A stretch of 21,583 nucleotides of DNA, from contig JBBRPR010000096.1 in NCBI GenBank assembly GCA_038227875.1, forward strand, positions 1 to 21,583, read 5' to 3'. The stretch comes from Planctomycetota bacterium. GTDB lineage: Bacteria; Planctomycetota; SZUA-567; H5-PLA8. Below the pieces are notes generated by a model. That model made no database searches and had not been told where the DNA came from. It saw only the letters and a program-made list of their open reading frames with translations. Shown here one piece after another: positions 15,576 to 21,583 of the stretch (positions are counted from its first letter, which is position 1; the number at the start of each line of letters is the position of its first letter). Position numbers and translations under genes: made by a program.

Positions 15576-16151
15576 ATGAAGATGGATTCTGAGACCCCCG
15601 CCTCATCATCGGCGGCGAGTTTGCCGACGGACCCGCAGGCCAATCGCTCCGTGGAAGAGGATGTACTCCATTATATAGCGCCCAGCTGCAGCGAGGCGCC
15701 GGAGACGATTTTCAAACGCATGCTTGAACGGCGTGGCCTGAAGTACACGTCGGAGCGCAAGGAAATTCTCAAGGCCGTGCTGACCACGCACGAGCATTTC
15801 GATGCCGACTGGCTGTTCATGGAAATGCGCAAAGTTGGCGCGAAAGCGTCGAAGGCGACGATCTACCGCAGCCTGGTTTTGTTGTGCGAAGTCGGCATCC
15901 TGCGCGAGGTCTTCCACGGACCGCATGGCGCCTATTTTGAGCACGTGTACGGTCACGAACACCACGAACACATGATCTGCCTGACCTGCGGCAAGGTGAT
16001 CGAATTTATTTCACGCAAGCTGGAAGACCTACAGGACGACGCGTGCCGCGCGATGGGCTTTCATCCGGTGCGGCATCATCTTCAGGTGTTCGGCTACTGC
16101 AGCGATTGCCATCCGTGCCGAGCGGCGTTTCCGCCGAAAGAATCACACTAA
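15576..16151 (+). CDS. fur: Fur-family transcriptional regulator
   Basis: GLKYTSERKEIL, HEHFDAD, SKATIYRSL, HHEHMICLTCGKVIEF, GYCSDC. Metal specificity (Fur, Zur or PerR) cannot be resolved by eye. Confidence 0.93.
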   Translation: MKMDSETPASSSAASLPTDPQANRSVEEDVLHYIAPSCSEAPETIFKRMLERRGLKYTSERKEILKAVLTTHEHFDADWLFMEMRKVGAKASKATIYRSLVLLCEVGILREVFHGPHGAYFEHVYGHEHHEHMICLTCGKVIEFISRKLEDLQDDACRAMGFHPVRHHLQVFGYCSDCHPCRAAFPPKESH

Positions 16152-16153
16152 AA

Positions 16154-16858
16154 CTAAACCGGCGTTAGCGCGTCTCGAATCGCGCCGATCTGCGATGATA
16201 GGTCACCGTATGTTTCGAGAGCCAGTTCGGGCGTCGCGAGAACGGCCATGCCGCTGGAAAGTGGCTCCAGAATGGCGGGGGACTTGAGCGGCATCGGCGG
16301 CGTCATAGAAGGCGAAAAATACGTCAGCCAGCCTGCTTCGATGCGGGACGGATATTCCTTGGGATCGGGATGGCCGGGCAGTTCGATATATCCGAAGTCC
16401 GGGAGAAGAGCGTCCGTCAGAATTGTAAAAAGCGTGATCAAATGTTTGCTGCGGCCGGAATCCCTGGGGCCCGCCGCCGTCGTGCCTAACCTGAGTTCAA
16501 ACATGAGTCCGGGACACGTGGCCTCGACTTCACCGGACACAAACGACAGGCGTAAAACCGCGACGCGATCCTCTTCGTAGGAATTAAAGAACACGATACT
16601 GTGGGTCGGATCGCCTGGCTCTCTGCCGAAATTCCAATGGATGGCGGAGGTCGAAATAAACGCAGGCACCCAGCTTTTCTCGCCCTCGAACACGGGAACT
16701 TCACGCATCGCCGGCGAATGACCGCTAAAGGCAAACAGATCGGCATTCAACCGCTGCAACTGCCGTACGATGGATTCCAGCGGAGCAATCAGGTCTTCCG
16801 GCGCAGCAACTTTTGCGTGGCGCACCAATACCAACCGATATTCCGATGACTCATTCAT
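16154..16858 (-). CDS. Hypothetical protein with Imm52-like (polymorphic-toxin immunity) C-terminal region
   Basis: AGWLTYFS...PPMPLKSPAILEPLSSGMAVLATPE...IRDAL resembles the recalled Imm52 pattern GWLTYLS...PPLPAPVRIEPV..GTLIILTPE. ATG 16858 preferred over TTG 16900. Confidence 0.6.
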   Translation of the reverse strand: MNESSEYRLVLVRHAKVAAPEDLIAPLESIVRQLQRLNADLFAFSGHSPAMREVPVFEGEKSWVPAFISTSAIHWNFGREPGDPTHSIVFFNSYEEDRVAVLRLSFVSGEVEATCPGLMFELRLGTTAAGPRDSGRSKHLITLFTILTDALLPDFGYIELPGHPDPKEYPSRIEAGWLTYFSPSMTPPMPLKSPAILEPLSSGMAVLATPELALETYGDLSSQIGAIRDALTPV

Positions 16859-16909
16859 GGTCCACAAAACATACCCGGAGGACGCGGTTCGTAAATTCAA
16901 AAGAAAGCA

Positions 16910-17719
16910 TTAACGCACGCGCGCCAGATATTCCTCAACCCAATGCGACGGCGACATACCCACGGTTTTGCGAAAGATTTTACTGAATGCCGCCACCGAC
17001 GGGAAGCCCACGCGCGATCCGACTTCCGTGCAATTCAATTCGGCATCGCAGAGCAGCTGGCGGGCGTTCTCGACGCGGATGCTGTTCAAATAATTGTGCG
17101 GCGAGCGGCCAGTGTATTCCTTGAACGCCTTGCAGAAATACGCCGGCGACAGTCCGGCTTTCGCGCTCATCTCATCGATGGAAAGCGGCTCGCGTGAGCG
17201 TTGATGAATCCACGGAATCACCCCTTCAATGTTGCGCCACGCTTTAGAAACCACCGGAACTGGCTGCACACCCGCGGCGCTGTGACGCAGGACCCGGCCG
17301 AGCACTTCGATCATCAGTCCGGACACGGTCAGATCGTAGCCTGTCCGGCGTTCGGTCCATTCCTTCACCAATTCATGCAGGCGCTGCGACATGAAAGCGC
17401 GGTCGCTTTTTGGAATTTGCACGGCCATGGGAAATGAGCGCAGCAGCGTCGACTCGGGCGGCAGCTTGAAGTGCGTCACAATGTACTGCTGATTGGCGAC
17501 GCGAATGGCGCTCAGCGCATGCGGAACGTGCGGAGCCATCAACAGCACCACGCCGGGGATCAGGCGATAGGATCGCGCCTCGATGCGAAAATCGACTTCG
17601 CCCCTTTCGCAATACATGAAGACGTATTCACGGTCCACATAGGACGCAATGCGCCCGCCGATCTGGCAGCGCGCGTGGACAATTTTGGGCAAGTGCAGAT
17701 TGGCCGGAACGTCAGGCAT
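16910..17719 (-). CDS. AraC-family transcriptional regulator (cupin plus double HTH)
   Basis: LSIDEMSAKAGLSPAYFCKAFKEYTGRSP...RVENARQLL...EVGSRVGFPSVAAFSKIFRKTVGMSP. Confidence 0.95.
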   Translation of the reverse strand: MPDVPANLHLPKIVHARCQIGGRIASYVDREYVFMYCERGEVDFRIEARSYRLIPGVVLLMAPHVPHALSAIRVANQQYIVTHFKLPPESTLLRSFPMAVQIPKSDRAFMSQRLHELVKEWTERRTGYDLTVSGLMIEVLGRVLRHSAAGVQPVPVVSKAWRNIEGVIPWIHQRSREPLSIDEMSAKAGLSPAYFCKAFKEYTGRSPHNYLNSIRVENARQLLCDAELNCTEVGSRVGFPSVAAFSKIFRKTVGMSPSHWVEEYLARVR

Positions 17720-17802
17720 TGCAATCCCCCTCTCAGTCGTTCGTGATCATCATACGAGAACATCGATTTTGAGCCAGAGGGGATGATGCCGTATTCTCCA
17801 AA

Positions 17803-17870
17803 ATAGGACAAGATTTGACAAAAGATAAGAATCCGCGCCATCGACAGCGCAGGCACTGACGTGGTACCTT
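17803..17870 (+). promoter_or_regulatory. Putative promoter of the dehydrogenase with upstream direct repeats (candidate AraC-type operator)
   Basis: GGACAAGATTTGACAAAAGAT direct repeat, then TCGACA-N18-TACCTT with extended -10 TGG, in the divergent intergenic region. Confidence 0.4.
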
Positions 17871-17910
17871 GAGCTCACGCGAACAGCCACCGCGGAAGGA
17901 GTTCAACGTC

Positions 17911-18918
17911 ATGAAAATTCAGGAAGTCGTCTTTCTCAACACCGATGAAATCGCGTTCAAAGACCGTGAGCTCGACACGAGCAATCTCGCGCCGAATCAG
18001 ATTCTGCTCGCCACCGAGTACTCCGTGGTCAGCGCCGGCACAGAGCTGGCGATCTGGCGCGGCGTTGAAAGCTGGGCTCCGCTGCCAAATGTACCGGGCT
18101 ACGGCGCGGTGGGAATCGTGCAAAAAGTGGGCAGCGCGGTGAAGCGCTGTGCGCCCGGCGACCGCATTTTCTGCTATGGCAAGCATGCGAGCTTCTCAAT
18201 CCTGGATGAACGCATGATCGTGCGCGTCCCCTCTGAGCTCGAACCGCGGCACGCGGTGCTCGCACGCATGGGACAGGTCGCATACACGTCCGTGCGGGTC
18301 AGCGGCGTGGAGCTCGGTGACACTGTCGCGGTCACGGGACTGGGGCTGGTCGGCAATCTGGCCGCGCAGTTGATGAAATTGGCGGGATGCACGGTCATCG
18401 GCTTCGACCTCTCGGAGCGGCGGCTGGCCATCGCTCGGGCATGCGGCATCGATCACGCGATTAATTCCCGCGACCAGAATCTGGAGCAAGTCGTACGCAA
18501 AATCACCGGCGGAAGTCTCTGCAACGCCGCGGTGGAAGCGACCGGCGTTCCTGCCATGATCTCCGCGGCCGCAAGCGTTGTGGAGAAAGGCACCGTCGTG
18601 GTGCTCGGCACGCCGCGCGGAGAATTCACCGCCAACGCGACGGAACTGCTGCGCGATGTCCACCATGCGCACCGCCAAGTCGCGCTAAAAGGCGGGCACG
18701 AATGGTGCGTTCCGCCTTATCCCGAGCCTTATTTGAAACACTCGCTGGCGCGAAACGTACAGCAGCTACTGGGCTTCATGCAGAGCGGCCGGCTGAAGAT
18801 CGCTGAAGTAATTTCGCACTGCGTGCCGCCGACAGAGTGCCGCGAGGTGTACACGCAGCTGCGCAATCGCAACGAAGCATACTTCGGCGTCGTGTTCGAT
18901 TGGAAGTCGATCGCATGA
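17911..18918 (+). CDS. MDR-superfamily (zinc-binding alcohol dehydrogenase-like) oxidoreductase, SAGTE subtype
   Basis: YSVVSAGTE, PGYGAVG, Rossmann motif VAVTGLGLVG, VEATG. ATG 17911 has RBS GGAAGGAG. Confidence 0.9.
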   Translation: MKIQEVVFLNTDEIAFKDRELDTSNLAPNQILLATEYSVVSAGTELAIWRGVESWAPLPNVPGYGAVGIVQKVGSAVKRCAPGDRIFCYGKHASFSILDERMIVRVPSELEPRHAVLARMGQVAYTSVRVSGVELGDTVAVTGLGLVGNLAAQLMKLAGCTVIGFDLSERRLAIARACGIDHAINSRDQNLEQVVRKITGGSLCNAAVEATGVPAMISAAASVVEKGTVVVLGTPRGEFTANATELLRDVHHAHRQVALKGGHEWCVPPYPEPYLKHSLARNVQQLLGFMQSGRLKIAEVISHCVPPTECREVYTQLRNRNEAYFGVVFDWKSIA

Positions 18919-19014
18919 TGCGGAAGGCGAATTCGAATCACGACAGAAGTCGACAACGCGATTGAACGCAGTTCGTTCTTCTCTCTCGGAGAAAAGCGCG
19001 TTAGGATTCGAGGC

Positions 19015-20082
19015 ATGGGAAAACTCGAATCGCCCCGCCCTGACGGCCCCGTGATCGATGGCGAAGCCCTGATCATAAAAGGCTGGATCAGTCCGGCACG
19101 ACCGCTCGCGTTGCTGATTGACGGCAACCTGGCGTGCCAATTTATTCCGGACAAGAACCGGCCGGAGATCGCATCGGCCGAGAAACTGCGTGACGACAAA
19201 GTCGGCTTCGAAATCCGCCTGCGCCCCGCCAACGCGATCGGCGCCCACCGCGTGGAGATTGCCGACGTCTCCACCGGGTCGCGCACCGCGCTGCTCAGCT
19301 CAGAGTTCTCGATTTACCCCCGCGAGCATCTGCCCAGCGATCCGTTTTACATCGTCACGCATGAACGTTCCGGCACACATTTTCTGATCAACACGCTGCT
19401 GCGGAATACGATAGTGCGAGGCGGGCAGGCGGGGCTGACAGAATGGTATGGGCCCTACAACGATCCGGCGTCGCGGCTCAAACCGATCAAGCACATCGCA
19501 GACAACTGGAAGAGCGTCGGCGAACTGGTAACGATGTTGAAAACGCATTCGGACTATCCGCTTTACAAAGCTCATTATCATCCGGCCAAAAACATCTATG
19601 TACAGCGTGATCCGCGCGACACGCTGACGTCGTTCTATCACTACCTCAACAGCGACGCCTTCCACCAGAACCAACCGCAGGCCGGAGACCAGCGTTCGAA
19701 ATCGATGTCCGAATTTCTGCGCAAGCCGCTGACGCCATTTTTGCGCTGGTGTTACAGCTTAAACGGAGACGCCCGGAATGTGGTCGAACGCTGGGCGCTG
19801 CACACAGCCGGCTGGCAGCATGCCGAGAATACACGGACGGTTCATTACGAGGATTTGAAACGCGATTACGAGGCGGTGCTCGCTGAAGTGATTGCATTCA
19901 CCGGCCTGCGCCTGCAACCGGTGCGCAAGCCTGTGGGTTTATTTGATGAGCTTTCGGTGCTGCCGCGCAAGGGCATCGTGGGAGACTGGAAATCGTTGTT
20001 CTCCGCCGACGATAATGCCTTCGTCAAAAAGACGGTGGAGGCGGCTGGCGTGCCGTGGGATTCCGCACGCTGGATCGACTAA
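19015..20082 (+). CDS. PAPS-dependent sulfotransferase with an N-terminal beta-rich accessory domain
   Basis: 5'-PSB loop THERSGTHFL, 3'-PB RDPRDTLTSFYHY, VHYEDLK, C-terminal RKGIVGDWK. Confidence 0.9.
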   Translation: MGKLESPRPDGPVIDGEALIIKGWISPARPLALLIDGNLACQFIPDKNRPEIASAEKLRDDKVGFEIRLRPANAIGAHRVEIADVSTGSRTALLSSEFSIYPREHLPSDPFYIVTHERSGTHFLINTLLRNTIVRGGQAGLTEWYGPYNDPASRLKPIKHIADNWKSVGELVTMLKTHSDYPLYKAHYHPAKNIYVQRDPRDTLTSFYHYLNSDAFHQNQPQAGDQRSKSMSEFLRKPLTPFLRWCYSLNGDARNVVERWALHTAGWQHAENTRTVHYEDLKRDYEAVLAEVIAFTGLRLQPVRKPVGLFDELSVLPRKGIVGDWKSLFSADDNAFVKKTVEAAGVPWDSARWID

Positions 20083-20939
20083 GCCGCGGTTGCGAGCATA
20101 TCGATCTGTCGCGACGCTTCGGAAATCACAATCGTCAGGTCGTCGCGCGAAATGGGCAGCCTGTTTCCAATAGCGACCGGCAACTGCGGAATGAAGTTTA
20201 ACATCCCGTTGACGACGTGGTCCTGCATCGCATGGGCCAGGAAGTCGGCCACCGTAACGATCAAATTCTGCGGCTCAACCACGGCGTTCGCCGGCACCTG
20301 CTGATGATGATTTTCCACCGCTGCCACAATCACCGCGGGCAGCTTCCACTGCTTCAACAATTCTGCGCCGAGTTGCGCGTGCGAGGCGCCGTAGCGCTGA
20401 TACTCGCGTTCAATCAAGGGATCGCCGTGAACCGCACCGTAGTCGCAGAGCACCGGGTAGCTGATATCCACCTGGCACAGCATCAGTTTTCCAAAATCGT
20501 GGAGCAGCGCGGCTGTGTAATAAGCGTCTTCGACGCGCCGCGCCACAATTTTCCGAGCCAGTGTGCGCGCGAACACCGCCGTGGCGATGGCGTGCGACCA
20601 GAGGTTCTCGCCAAAACCGTCCCACTGTTCCGTGGCCGCGAACAACTCCTTCGCCTTGGCGGCCGCCGCGATCGAGAAAATATCTTCGAAGCCCAGCCGG
20701 ATGATCGCGTCGTCAACGCTGCGGACCGTGCGCGTCAAACCGTAGTAAGCACTGTTCGCGGCGCGAAGAACCTTGGCCGTCAGGACCGGATCCATGGCAA
20801 TGATTTCGCCGAGGTCGCAGATGTTCTGCGTGGGATTCTGCAGCGCGGTTGTCAGCCGCGAGTAGAGCACGGGACACACCGGCAGTTTGTTGCAGCGCGA
20901 AATCATCTGCTCGACTGTGAGACGTTGAAAGACAACCAT
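20079..20939 (-). CDS. HDOD domain protein
   Basis: KLPVCP, DPVLTAKVLRAANSAYYG, AIIRLG, LWSHA, AALLHDFGKL, HAQLGAELLKQWKLP, ENHH. RBS AAGGAG. Stops overlap with the sulfotransferase by 4 nt. Confidence 0.93.
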   Translation of the reverse strand: MVVFQRLTVEQMISRCNKLPVCPVLYSRLTTALQNPTQNICDLGEIIAMDPVLTAKVLRAANSAYYGLTRTVRSVDDAIIRLGFEDIFSIAAAAKAKELFAATEQWDGFGENLWSHAIATAVFARTLARKIVARRVEDAYYTAALLHDFGKLMLCQVDISYPVLCDYGAVHGDPLIEREYQRYGASHAQLGAELLKQWKLPAVIVAAVENHHQQVPANAVVEPQNLIVTVADFLAHAMQDHVVNGMLNFIPQLPVAIGNRLPISRDDLTIVISEASRQIDMLATAA

Positions 20940-20963
20940 GGCGTTTCTCCTTCGCTACTTTCC

Positions 20964-21503
20964 CTAGTGTGCAGCGGCCGCTTTCGCAGGCTCTGGTTCG
21001 GACGTCGCAGGCGGTGGCTCGAGCATCTGGTTCAACATCTTGCTCAAGTAGGCTTCCACCGGCATCTTGGTTCGCTTCGAGGCATCCAGCGCCACCTTCA
21101 GCGCTGGGGCGCTCAAGGTGATCGCAATTCCTTTGACGTCCACGGGCGCAGCGGTGGCAAGATTCGGAAAGTACTCCGTTACGATTTTGTTCAGATCCGC
21201 AAGCTGGACCGGTTTGGACAGGACATGTGAGATTCCCGCCGCGATCGCCTTGTTGACCATTTCCGTGTCGGGCCGATGCGTCATCAGACAGAACGGGATT
21301 TTGCGCACGGCACGGATCCTCGTGAACAATTCCAAGCCGCTCTCTCCGGGCAGATTCTGGTCCGCGATCACCAGCTCTGGATGCTGCTCGTTATAGATCG
21401 TCCAGGCATCCTCCGCCGAACCCGCATCCAATACTTCAAGTTTTGTAAACGGCGGTCGAAAACTGGAGCGGAGGGCGGGCGAAAAACGTAGCACTCTGCC
21501 CAA
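20964..21503 (-). CDS. Atypical response-regulator receiver protein with a short C-terminal extension
   Basis: HPELVIADQNLPGESGLEL, LMT and LSKPV are receiver motifs. TTG start; an in-frame TAA lies 17 codons upstream. Confidence 0.8.
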   Translation of the reverse strand: MGRVLRFSPALRSSFRPPFTKLEVLDAGSAEDAWTIYNEQHPELVIADQNLPGESGLELFTRIRAVRKIPFCLMTHRPDTEMVNKAIAAGISHVLSKPVQLADLNKIVTEYFPNLATAAPVDVKGIAITLSAPALKVALDASKRTKMPVEAYLSKMLNQMLEPPPATSEPEPAKAAAAH

Positions 21504-21583
21504 CGTACTGCTTCCTGCTGGAATGTCTATTCCGCCTGGTGAGACGACTATTTAGTTTCGGATTTAGAGGGCTCGTCGCCGCC

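Overview
GC-rich bacterial chromosomal window with about 19 protein-coding genes. The gene mix (ECF sigma/zf-HC2 anti-sigma, DUF4416, RDD, HDOD, large Pro-rich secreted proteins) looks Planctomycetota-like, which is a weak inference. No rRNA, tRNA, CRISPR array, transposase or integrase was recognised. From left to right: an N-terminal-HTH protein running off the left edge (missing from the ORF track); an intergenic perfect 19-bp hairpin; a three-gene co-oriented cluster; DUF4416; a tightly packed run of secreted protein, lipoprotein-RDD and double GT2; aldo/keto reductase; SAM methyltransferase; GtrB-like GT2; a 48-bp palindrome; a GAF-GGDEF cyclase overlapping a ComEA-like gene; a Fur-family regulator; an orphan Imm52-like gene; a divergent AraC / MDR dehydrogenase pair; a sulfotransferase; HDOD; and an atypical receiver protein with a possible ribbon-helix-helix tail. 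The best candidate for an undescribed system is 1257-4094. It holds (1) a lipoyl-less 2-oxoacid-dehydrogenase E2-like protein with two E3-binding domains and a dead DHRxxDG motif, (2) a degenerate ECF sigma factor, and (3) a zf-HC2 transmembrane anti-sigma whose predicted extracytoplasmic domain resembles MraZ. All family calls are by-eye motif recognition; no database searches were run.
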